Both the position numbers and the translations under genes were made by a program. This document shows, in pieces, positions 1-11,146 of a stretch of 64,000 nt of DNA. The notes beneath the pieces were generated by a model. It made no database searches. It worked only from the letters and a program-made list of their open reading frames with translations, and had not been told where the DNA came from. The stretch comes from Negaprion brevirostris (lineage: Eukaryota). Numbering within the stretch: position 1 is the first letter of the stretch; each line of letters starts with the position of its first letter. The stretch spans positions 40,563,308-40,627,307 of the forward strand of contig JARDVH010000110.1 in assembly GCA_030324005.1 (NCBI GenBank). Direction: 5' to 3'.

Positions 1-3000
1 CATTTAAGGCTTTGTTATTGGATGAGAGTAGAAAATCTTATTTAGAGTTGGTCCCTGAGCAGGAATGAATCTTAACAACTAAAATAGGATTTAAATATAT
101 TGACCTAAAGAAGTTAGAATTTTAATTGTAGGTTGTTGGGATGCTGCTAACCACTTCAATAGTTTACAGAACTAAATGGAAATAGGATTTAGGCCTTGTG
201 GTTAGAATTAACTCGTATACAATGGGAGAGATGGGATGGAAACTAGAGTTGCAAAGGCTTGGGGAGGGTTTGGTGCAGTGGGAAAGTGGAAGGATGGGAC
301 AGCACTTGACTAGATTAAGAAAAGTAAAAATTAAGGGGGCAGAAAGAAAAGTTAAAAGTACAGAGCATGTGGCCTCGTACTTGATGTGATCTTGCCAAAT
401 TTGACAGGTATTTGGTAGTTTTAAAGTCTATGCATTTTACTTGTATTGTAGCCAACTCCTAGTCTATCTTAGAAAATTCTCTGCCAGATGGCGGCTTGAA
501 GTAATGTGAATGATTTGTTCAACTGCTCAGGCAGCGTGCTTTGGTGCTGCTTTCAGCCAAGCTGTTGTGAAAGTGTAGAGCCATTTTCACAAATTTGGTA
601 TTGTTCTGTTTTGTTGTTGAGGTTGGCTGAGGAAGACATTGGGCCTTGGGAACAGCTTGGAGAAAAGAAAAAAAATCACCTGCTTAGGAACTTTCGACCA
701 GCCAACACTTCAAATCTGCTCTTGACTTATCATTATTGAATCATTTAAGAATATAGGTGTGAGAACTTCATCTCATTAGCCTGCAAGGTTTATCTCCCTG
801 ATAGGGTCATGAATGATATTTGCCTTTGACATTGGTAAATCTTGTTTCACGTCAGCAAGACTTAACTTAAAGGAAATATATAATCTTAACATTTTAGAGA
901 TAGTGAGGAGAAGGAAATTGCTTCAACATCGGCGAATTTTGCGCATTTAAGTCATTCATGAATAATACTATCAGGCATACATTTCAAATCTTAACCGTGT
1001 TTATTTTAGGCACATTATGGCCATGTAAGGCCATCATTTATGTAATTGCATAGTCTGGATCCATTTCTGCTCTTAAATCTATAACTCCAACGGGTTTAAA
1101 ATTAAAAGGCTTTTTAAAAATACATTATTGAACTTCTAAGTAATGGCAAACATTGCCTGTCGGTGTAATATTGCTTATTCCAGTTGAGAAAATACTCCAA
1201 TTTGATTTGTTATATAAGTTTGCCCATTTAATGAATTATACAAGATTCAGTTGCTACTCATTGACATATTTGAAGATTCTGCTTCAAAGGAATAAATCCA
1301 TTTAAAAATAAAATTCAAGAGGAAATTGGTTCTCATCATCTTTTTCCGCATTGAGTAATCATTTCAATTTCATTGTTCTTGTGAATGAATTGCTACTGAT
1401 ATGAGGGCTTAGTATGCATTTACATTTTTGAATGATTTGTTCAGAACTTTTTTGCTCAAACTTTGGGCGTGACAGGGGAGAAAGCGGCACTGGGAATTAG
1501 TAATGCTAATTTAAATTTCTGAATCATATCTCATGAGATGCATGTTTTTCATTAGTCCTGATTCAACTATGAATCTCAAACCCTTGGGTCACAGTTATCC
1601 ATTGCCAGAATTTTGAATCTTTTTATGGGACAATTGCAACATAACCATTACTATATAGTATTTTCAGAGTTTTAAAATTTGAACACGTGTCCATCACTTA
1701 ACATACTTTCTTCAGATCTATGATATGATCAGTTTCCATTGTGTTAAAAGGTGTACTGTAGGTGGCCATTACTGTGTTTTTTCTCATAATTTTTCTCCAA
1801 TGCTGAAAGAGGTAGGACTTCACTTCAACTATTTCTTTCTCTAAATATTAAAAAACAACTTTAGACTTTTTACCTTTAAGTCTTATAGCCACTTGGTTCT
1901 GCTCCACAAAAATCATTGTATATGCTCAGTAATTTTAAACCAGATTTGATCAAATTTGTGATGGACAATGCTGTGATTAATATCCTGGCATGTGGCTGAT
2001 GTAATTTCGTTAAAATTCGGCATTTCCAACATGTGCTACTTTGATTTTTATAAGCACCAAGTTTTTCTCTTTAAATTGGACAAATCATCTAAAGAATTAC
2101 TTTCTCCTGAATCAGTCACAAGCTGGAAAAATTAAGTTTTCAAAAACAGAACAACTATGATTTGACTGAAAATGGATTTTCAGGTGGAGGAAGATTTAAC
2201 TATAATTGTGATGCTAAATTGGAGCGCATATTGAGTCTTCAGCATAACATAAGAATAATGTATTAATGTAGGACCATAGAGATGATGATTCAAAACTTGG
2301 GAGCATTGGCACACTTGTACTGCTCCCAAATAAGCCCCAAAGTGGATCCTTTGGATCTTCAGCTGAATGCCCCATTAGTGAGAGTGTAGTAATTTGTTTC
2401 ACTAACAGATCAGAATCAGACTCTTTCCTTGGCCTATCAGCCTGTACAAATTCTTCTGCACTACATATTTTCTAAAATAAGGAGTTTAGGTTAAATATTT
2501 GAAGTCATTCTACTTATTTTTTTTCTTTTTCCTCTCCTGAAGATTCAGAATGGGAAGAGATATATGGTATGTGTATATTTATGGTCTGTTTGCCCATTGC
2601 CTTGATTTTTGTGTTTGCTGTTTGTGTGAAGATGGTGGTTTTATAGTTTTTTTTGCCCCCAGTGCATTCACTTTCTGTTGCATGTTTTATGGCATTCAAA
2701 ACAGTATGCGAAGTACAGTACAATTCTAAATTCGAGATGTATGAGAAATGAGTCACTAGTAGCATGTGCTTTTAAAGCCAAGCTATTTTCAAGTTTGAGG
2801 TAATATCATTTTAATATGGAAGTAAATTCCTTTATTTTATATTCCCCTCATAGTTTTCAACTTTGGTCACAATAAATATCTGGTCAGTGGCAGAATTCTT
2901 TTGACTTCCTGGATGAATGATTTGAGACCATATTCAAGGAGGTTCTATGATATTGCATAATACACACTGTTTTGCTGTACCATGATGTTCAGAAGCATCT

Positions 3001-3704
3001 GAATTGATATAAAATGCATGTTACTTTCTTTTAGTTGGACAGCAAGCAAGATAATCTGTTTGCTTAATGCAATTATCTTAAAGCCATGCTTTTAGAGAAA
3101 AATACTCCAGTTTGGAGTTTAAGGTTTTACCATGTACCGCATGTTTTGACTCAATGATTTTTAGAAAATAGAATTTTTCAATGGCTTGTGCTGCAGATAT
3201 TTTTAATCTGAGCTCTAGCTTGTTAGGTGGCATTATAAACGCTTGTGGCATTTCAAAATGTAACTTCCTTGGAGTGCAAGTGTTTGAATTATTCCTGTGG
3301 CATGGTGGGTTGGGCATAAGTTATGCTGTTCTAAACATGCCTCTATGGTAGGACTATACATCACTGAAGCATGTCTTTTGAACACAAAAAAGAGTGCAAA
3401 TGTAAATGGTTTTATTTTGATTTCATTATTTTAGTTTCCTCCTTGTCTGCTCCCTTCTACTTACTCATTTTTCCCTTTCATAATATTTGGCATTTTTGTT
3501 GGTTTTTCTGTGTAGTTTATATTGCTAGCTCTGGCACACCGTGAGTAAATCTAGGTGGTACCTTTTTTAATTGAAGTGAACACATTTATTTTTCTTGTTC
3601 CACCGATCAGGTGCAATTTAACGTTGCTTATTTAGTTTCTCCTTGAGTTTGTGAAGTACGGGAGTTTTAAATCCTTGGTTATCAGTTGTGATTCAGTTGG
3701 AATA

Positions 3705-4280
3705 ATGATTTAATTTGACTTATTATTGTCACATGTATTAACACAGTGAAAAGTATTGTTTGTTGTGTGCTACACAGACAAAACATACCTTTCATGGAGA
3801 AGGAAATGGAGTGCAGAAAGTAGTGTTACAGTCATAGCTAGGGTGTAGAGAAAGATCAACTTAATGCAAGGTAAGTCCATTCAAAAGTCTAACAGCAGCA
3901 GGGAAGAAGCTGNNNNNNNNNNNNNNNNNNNNNNNNNNNNNNNNNNNNNNNNNNNNNNNNNNNNNNNNNNNNNNNNNNNNNNNNNNNNNNNNNNNNNNNN
4001 NNNNNNNNNNNNAGAGAAAGATCAACTTAATGCAAGGTAAGTCCATTCAAAAGTCTAACAGCAGCAGGGAAGAAGCTGTTCTTGAGTCGATGGGTACATG
4101 ATCTCATACTTTTGTATCTTTTTCCCAACGGAAGAAGGTGGGAGAATGATTGGGGTCCTTAATTATGCTGGCTGCTTTGCTGAAGCAGTGGGAAGTGTAT
4201 GAGAGTCAATGGATGGGAGGCTGGTTTGCATGATGGATTGGGCTACCTTTACAATCTTTTGTAGTTCCTTGCAGACCACA
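3705..4280 (-). mobile_element. Rex1/Babar-type LINE, 5'-truncated 3' fragment, interrupted by a gap
   Basis: The minus strand encodes SFFPAAVRLLN, a C-terminal motif of Rex/Babar-type ORFs. It shares its 3' UTR with the copy at 11147-12535. Boundaries are approximate. Confidence 0.7.
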
Positions 4281-4569
4281 GTGATCTTTATCCACCAAAG
4301 TTGATGTGTTATCATCAGACTTGAGATTTCTGGGTAATTTGAATCAAATATTATTTCAGATGGGAGATGCAAAATTGTAACTATATGGCTGGAAAATTAT
4401 TGCAGTAGTCATTAAACGTTGATGTCGAAGAAATAGCATTCCAAAATTGGTTGTTCAGAAGCCATCAAGCAGTGTGGTGTGGAGCACTGGACTTTTTGAG
4501 AGGCACTGTTGAACTGCTTTAATACCTGTTGTACGCTGCCTGTAGAATGGTTTCCTTTTCAGTATCTAT

Positions 4570-5610
4570 TTTGAGTCATAAAGGTCTACAGCACAGAAAA
4601 TGCCTTCAGCCCATTGTGCCAGAGCCATTCAAAAACAACCACCTAACTATTCTAATCCCACTTTCCAATGCTTGGCCCATAGCCTTTTAGGACTTGGTGT
4701 CACGAGTGTACATCTAAATACTAGTTGAATTTATGGAGGTCTCTGCTTCACCACTTGGGCAGTGAATTCCAGACTCCCACCATCTTCTCAGTTTTTCCTC
4801 AAATCCCTTCTAAATCTTCTAACTCTTAAATCTGTGCCCCTGGTCAACGATCCCTCCCCCAAGGGGAAATGTTTCTGCCTGTCTATCTATGGCCGTCATA
4901 ATTTTATACATCTCAGTATGTCCCTCAATCTCCTCTGCTCCAAGGAAAACAACCCAAGTCTATCCAATCTCTCTTCGTTACAAAAGCCGTCCAGCCAGGC
5001 AACATCCTGCACTCTTTCGAGTGTTATTACGTTCCTCCTATAATGTAGATTCCAGAAGTGCACAGATTACTTTAGCTGTGGCCTAACCAATGTTTTGTAC
5101 AGTTCCAGCATAACCACCCTACTCTCAAACTCTCTGCTAATGAAGACAAATATACCGTATGCATTCTTAACCACTTTATCCATTTTTCTTGCTACCTTAG
5201 GGAACCGGAGTACATGTGCACCAAGGTCCCTCTGATCCTCGCTGCTTCTGAGGTTCCTGCCATTCATTATTCCCTTGTCTTGTTTGCTCTGCCCAAGTGC
5301 ATCACCCCACACTTATATGAATTGAATTTCATTTGCCACTGATCAGCCCATCAATATCCTACAGTGATCAAAGACTATCCTCTTTGCTACTTAGCACCCT
5401 ACGAATTTTTATTATCCACAAACTTACTGATCAACCCTCCTATGTTCAAGACTAAATCATTTATATAAACCACAACAACAAGGGTCCCAACATTGGTCCC
5501 TGTGTGACCTCACAGGACTCAGGCTTCCAGTCACAAAACAATCGTCACCTTCTGCTTCCTGCCACTCAGCCAATTCTGGATCCAGTTTGTCAAATTTCCT
5601 TGAGCTCTGT
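4570..5610 (-). mobile_element. Degraded CR1-family LINE 3' portion
   Basis: Minus-strand ORF remnant QRDLGAHV...VMLELYKTLVRPQL is typical of the CR1 ORF2 C-terminus; CR1 tail near 4575. Confidence 0.8.
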
Positions 5611-6324
5611 CAATTCCTACTTAGAAATTGTTGAAGTTATTTCTTTGACAAACTAACTTGCATTTTTTTCGAAAATTCATATGAAGCTCTGCTTAAATAC
5701 TGTTAAGAGACCAGTGCATATCTGTTGGCCCCAAAGGTGCAGTGTAAACTTGAGTCCTGCATTGCATTTTCTTTAAAATGTGGTTTGATAAAAGTATGTT
5801 TATTGTGATACGCAGTATGTTTTGTTGTCATTGGTGAGGGTTGGTTGTTTGGGGATCCATTTCACCACCACCACCGCCCCCCATATTTTTTCCTCAGGTT
5901 AAAGACTGGGCTGTTAAGAGACTGTCTGCAGTTTTGCAGTAAGGACCTTTTACATTGTGAATCTAAATTAACCTACAAAGAATCAATAGATGGAAGTGCC
6001 CTGTGGAAACAACCTCAATATTTGTTAACTGTAAATTAAACTTGCATGTAGTTATATTTATTTTTAAGATTTTATTAGCTGGCATCCATAGATCCAAATT
6101 GTTGTTTGGTTTAACCATCAATTTTATCCTTGTTCACATTCCCAAAAAACTGATTGGGAAAGGGAAGCAGAAAATTGAAGCAATAGTGTAAGTTAACGAT
6201 GATATTTTAATCACATTAAAGCTTCCCCCTAAAATATTACTCGGGGGAACAGTCCCTAAGTAACATGGTGTCAAATCATCTACAGTTTTGTCACGTTTGT
6301 TAATATAATTCATGTTGATTCATA

Positions 6325-6430
6325 ACCTTAAGTGGCTTGCTTTCCTGACATTACGACAGTGCCTATACTCAATTATTTTAGTTTTGACGCTCTTTGGGGT
6401 GTCTCAAAGACAGGAAAGATGCGTGCTGTG
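6325..6430 (+). mobile_element. DeuSINE/L2-type 3' tail fragment
   Basis: TTTCCTGACATTACGACAGTGCCTATACTC...GCTCTTTGGGGTGTC resembles the DeuSINE (SacSINE1/AmnSINE1-like) 3' region, from memory. Confidence 0.45.
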
Positions 6431-6459
6431 TTTTTATTTCTTTCTGCATTATAACAAAT

Positions 6460-7270
6460 GCGATTGTGGTCATTTATGGCACTGAAGAAGGCTGTTCAGT
6501 CCATCAAGTTTTCAGCCATTTCTTCGTGAAGCAGTCCAGCCAGTTCCATTTTCTAGCTGTATCCCCTTGGCCTACAAGTTTATTTCCTTCAAGCAACCAC
6601 CCAATTTAGTTTCGAAATCATTGATCATTTATGTTCCCATTACCTTGTAAGCATTGAATTCCAAGGCATATTTCCATTTTCATTAAAAGAAAGCTCTTCC
6701 TTGCATTTCCTCTACCTTACTTGCCCAAAACCTTAAATCTGTCTCTCCTAGCCCTTGTCATCGAACAGGAACAACTTTGCGTTGTCCACCATAATCNNNN
6801 NNNNNNNNNNNNNNNNNNNNNNNNNNNNNNNNNNNNNNNNNNNNNNNNNNNNNNNNNNNNNNNNNNNNNNNNNNNNNNNNNNNNNNNNNNNNNNNNTCGC
6901 GTTGTCCACCATAATCAAGCACCTCTATTAAATATCCCCCAATCTCCCGCCCCTAAGCAAATAATCCTAGCTTCCCCAGCTTACCCTTGTGCTTATTCCC
7001 TGTCCCTGGAACCATTCTGGTAAATCTCTGCTCTCTTCCAAGAATTCTCCTATCCTTTCTAAAATGTGTTGACCAGCACTGGATGTTGCACTGTAGTTGT
7101 TGCTTAACTAGAGCTTTATAAAGGTTTGACACAAACCCCTGCTTTTGTACTCTGACGCCCACAATCCCATGTGCTTTACTAACCACTTTCTCAATATGTC
7201 CTGCTGCCTTCAAAGGTCTATGTATGTACATTGAGGTTCCTCTATACCTGTGTACAGTCTTCAGAACAGT
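6460..7270 (-). mobile_element. Degraded CR1 LINE fragment
   Basis: ORF 6953..7339 remnant LYKALVKQQLQCNIQCWS...QRFTRMVPG. Confidence 0.75.
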
Positions 7271-10084
7271 GACATTAAATCTGCATTTCAAACAATTTTG
7301 TGAGAAATGAAGCCTGTAGAGTTTTGAATTTAGACACACAGCTCAAATTGTACAGAAGTTGGGAATAAACATAGTGAAGAGTTTGGTCAGTGAGTACTGC
7401 ATGCCGTTTTGAACTCACCCATCTTAAGGGTGTTAGTCAAAATATGCCTAATGTAGATCTGCCAAGATAATGTTAACATTGGGTAAACTATCATTATCAA
7501 CAGGGATCTTGCATACCAGGATTATTTCTACAGTGGTAGAGAAAGTTGATCACAGTTAATAGACATCTGTAAAATTGATACATTTTGCTGAAAGTGTTGT
7601 TTGATCCTTGAGTCATTGTGAAGTAGTTGATCTTTGTAAGATAAGCTGACTTGATAGTGGGCAAGGAACAAATCATATGCTGGTCATAATATAACTGGCT
7701 ATGACGATATAAAATTTCACTTTTTGGCTTGGTTTCTCCCAGATACTTAGTTTTGTGCACTTAGCAGTATGGTGGTACCACATTACAAACATAGAATTAT
7801 TTCTCTGGCAGCGAGACTTTTGTCTGCACGCTTCTATGGAACGGTGCCTCTACCGCAGGAAGGTAGAGGAGTAGATCTATAATCAGGTACTAAATAGGTG
7901 TGAAAAAAGCAGGGGAGTAATGGGGATAATGCCCACTATGCTTCAGGTGGTCATGGGATGAATTCACTGAACCTCTGTGATAGCATACATTAGACACATC
8001 TCCAAATGAATGCCAACAGTGTTTGGTGTCCATTAAAATGGTAATGTAAACAAACATAACTTGTTTTAGCTCAAGCATATTCCTCCTCATTTCTAATAAT
8101 TGAGGTTAATTTTGTCTTGCAGCTAACATATCAGTAATTAAAGTATTTCAGATCTAGAGACAGTCCACCCATTTGTGGTGAGAAGGGAGATTTTTTGTCT
8201 TGGTTTTAATAATATCTAAGGACATTGTGCTTGGTTTGCTTGGAATCAAGATTGAGGAGAATGGGGGGAATTTTTGTTCCTGTGCCTGAAGCTGTGCTGG
8301 GATTCCTTGCTGCAAATTGTCGATTAGAAATAGTCTTAAATCTTTGTCAGCTTTGGAACACACTGGAAAATGAAACTTCACTTTTCTCAGCAACTTCACT
8401 AGATCTGAAAATCCTTTTGCCTTGTGGTTACAGGATTTGCTTGATTGAAAGTTCAGATTTTTCAACACGTCATTTTTGATGGTGCTTTAGCTGGAAACCC
8501 CAGACTTCTTGCAACTGCTTAAAACACTCCATTTTCCTGAATAGTGTTATACAAATCCAATAAATTCTGTGTTGTACTTACTACCACCACCACCACAGAA
8601 TCTTCTTTTGTGAGGTTGGTTTGCTGCCACAACCACAGCCTGTAAACAAAGGTGGGTCTTCACTGTTTCAGGGCAATCCAGCAGTTTCCAATCCCCACTC
8701 CCACCGCACCTAATGTGTCTCCCCCACAAATGTTCACTCTGGAGTCAGAAAATCTGAGGGGTCACTTAAGGGGAGGGTGGAAGGGAGGGAAGTTGTAGCA
8801 GCCCTTGCCCTCAACATAAGTGGGGTTTGCAGGAAACATGTCAGTACCTAATAGTAGTGTTGCAAAACAAATCTTTGTAATTCTTGAAATGTTACTAAGT
8901 TACAATATGGATGCTTTAAACATACAATGATTAAATTGATTACCATACTGCTTTTATTCCGAGTAAAACTAAATGCAACTAATAATTTTATTCAATGGCT
9001 TACTCTACCCTGAGTTCTAGAATTGTTTTGGAATCCATTATCGTTTACGTCAAGAAATTCTCAATTTGAAGCATTGGATAGGAATTGATGTTCAGTTGCT
9101 TTGAGAATATTAATTTTTGTTCCTGAGAATCTATTTTACTATAAAATAACAGATTTTTCTGTAACTTTGTCAGAATAAAATCTACTTCTTAAATAGCAGA
9201 ATGTTGCTGCATATTTTGCCAAATTATTTCCAGCCCAAGAGCAGCATCAGCTGACCTATTTATGGTAATTGTGCTTAGATAGTATAATTGAAAGTTGTAT
9301 TGTTGATGATCCATCTGGTAAAACAGAGAATGAATAAAACGTGATGTGTGTCCATAAAGATGTAATTGGAAGTGAATTTATTGATAGCTCAACTGCTTCA
9401 TATTTTATCTTTTGTCCTTTCCTATTTCAGTAAACTTTTGCTGCATACCTCCTCTCCATTCCTCTTACGTTTGTGTTAAATGTAAGATGTTATGTTGTGA
9501 ATGGTGGTTTTCACCAACACTGGTGCATTCAATTCTTGGTTGGCATATGTAATTCATTGTAGCAGTCTTAAATTGTTTTGCGACTGAGTTTTAGAAGACA
9601 TCATAGCACTATGCAAAGGTTTTGCTTCAGTTCTGATAGTGTTAATTTTAAGATTGCACTGCAATTTGAATTCTGTGACTAACTTGTGTAACTAATGTGT
9701 CATGCAAACCATCATCATTGTAGCTTTGGACTGCTCAATTGTAAATTGATCTCTGCCACACTAATGTCAAAAATGCAGTTTGTATGTATGCTATAAAGTT
9801 TTTAAAGGGATTGGTGCAATCATCTAATTCTGACCGTGATGATCATGACTTGAATAAACCTTGACCTCATCATTTTTGATATTTTGTAATTATCTGACTA
9901 CTTGTGTTGCTGAATAAATTTGATTTGGATAAGAATGCATGCTTTCAATTGTAGAAGCTGTTTGTGCTCAATGTTCTTTTTATGATGAGTGAAAATTCTT
10001 AGTCCTGGTATATGCCACTTATAACTTGTTATAAATTATCTTCAAGCTCCCAAATGCATGCTCCGCATCTGCACAACTGAATCC

Positions 10085-10408
10085 ATAGAATAGAATAGGA
10101 TCCCTACACTGCAGAAGAAAGCCATTCAGCCCATCGAGTCTGCACCAACTACAATCCCACACAAAAAGCCTATTCCCACGAACCCACATTTCCCTGTTAA
10201 TCCCCTGACACCTAAAGGACAATTTAGCATGGCCAGTCAAGCTGACCAACACACCTTTGGACTGTGGGAAGAAACCAAAGCTCCCAGAGGAAACCCACGC
10301 AGACACAGGGAAAATGTGCAAACTCCACACAGACACTGACCCAAGGACAGAATTGAACCTAGGTCCCTGGTGCTAAGAGGTAGCAGTGCTAACCATTGTG
10401 CTGCCTGT
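10085..10408 (-). mobile_element. tRNA-derived SINE, HE1-like (elasmobranch), with CR1-type tail
   Basis: Minus-strand head GCAGCACAATGGTTAGCACTGC...GGTTCAATTC (A/B boxes); body TCTGTGTGGAGTTTGCACATT...GCGTGGGTTTCCTC; (TTCTA)n tail. Confidence 0.8.
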
Positions 10409-11146
10409 GTGTAAAATATTTTTGGATGTTCTGGAAGAAACCTACAAAAGGCTCATGGATCATATGTAGTCTTGTTCATTTATAGAGACTTGAATGGAAA
10501 GTAGTAAAGTCTGAAGCCTCTGAGCTGTTCATGTCTGGAAGAAAAAAGGGAATTAAAGCTTCTCCCCCTGACTGAGGTTAATGAGATTTACAAACAGTTA
10601 CGATTTTTGTAAGGACTGAGTTTGAAAAGGAAGAAATTCAAACTTGTTGATAACTGAAATGGTAATAATATTTCACATTTAAGACTTTCAATGTAGCAGA
10701 CAAAGCACTAAACACTATTGTTTTAAGCAGCTTGGACTTTAAACTAAAGAACAGAATTTTTCCATTTACTTTCAACGCAATTGAAAACCACTTTGCAGGT
10801 AGACTGTGTGCACTGTCCCTTTTAGCAGTCATTCGATTTTCCTGGACAGAGTCCAATGTGATTCATAACTTCTCTAAGCTTTGCTTCAGTTCCTTTTCCG
10901 GTCTGGTAACTTTTAACTCCAGAACTATCTTTTCATTGTGTGGGGTTTGCCTGGTGATTCTCTCTAGCTCAAACAAGGCAAATCTAGCCTCACTTTTAAT
11001 TTATGACTTGGTCTTCTCAATGCAAGCACAAGCTCCCACCTGCATTCCTGTACTGTGAACCAGATACTTGCAGTCTCTAGTTGCTTGCTGTTTCAGATCC
11101 TGGCAGACTAACTTGTCTGAAAGCCTCGGTTATATTAAAAACTCTT

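Noticed and set aside
1528-1539. 12-bp palindrome ATCTCATGAGAT
   Set aside because: One palindrome of this length in 64 kb is expected by chance, and there is no supporting context.
2272-2475. ~67-codon stop-free + frame (DHRDDDSKLG...ALHIF)
   Set aside because: No similarity recognised, a weak acceptor, and phase 0, which does not match the phase-1 intron preceding exon 3.
8758-8790. G-quadruplex-like GGG runs (also 223-298)
   Set aside because: Isolated motifs with no other evidence of function.
10330-10408. tRNA gene-like A/B boxes (also near 13020-13095, 35065-35135 and 39310-39385)
   Set aside because: These are tRNA-derived SINE heads followed by SINE bodies; no complete cloverleaf.
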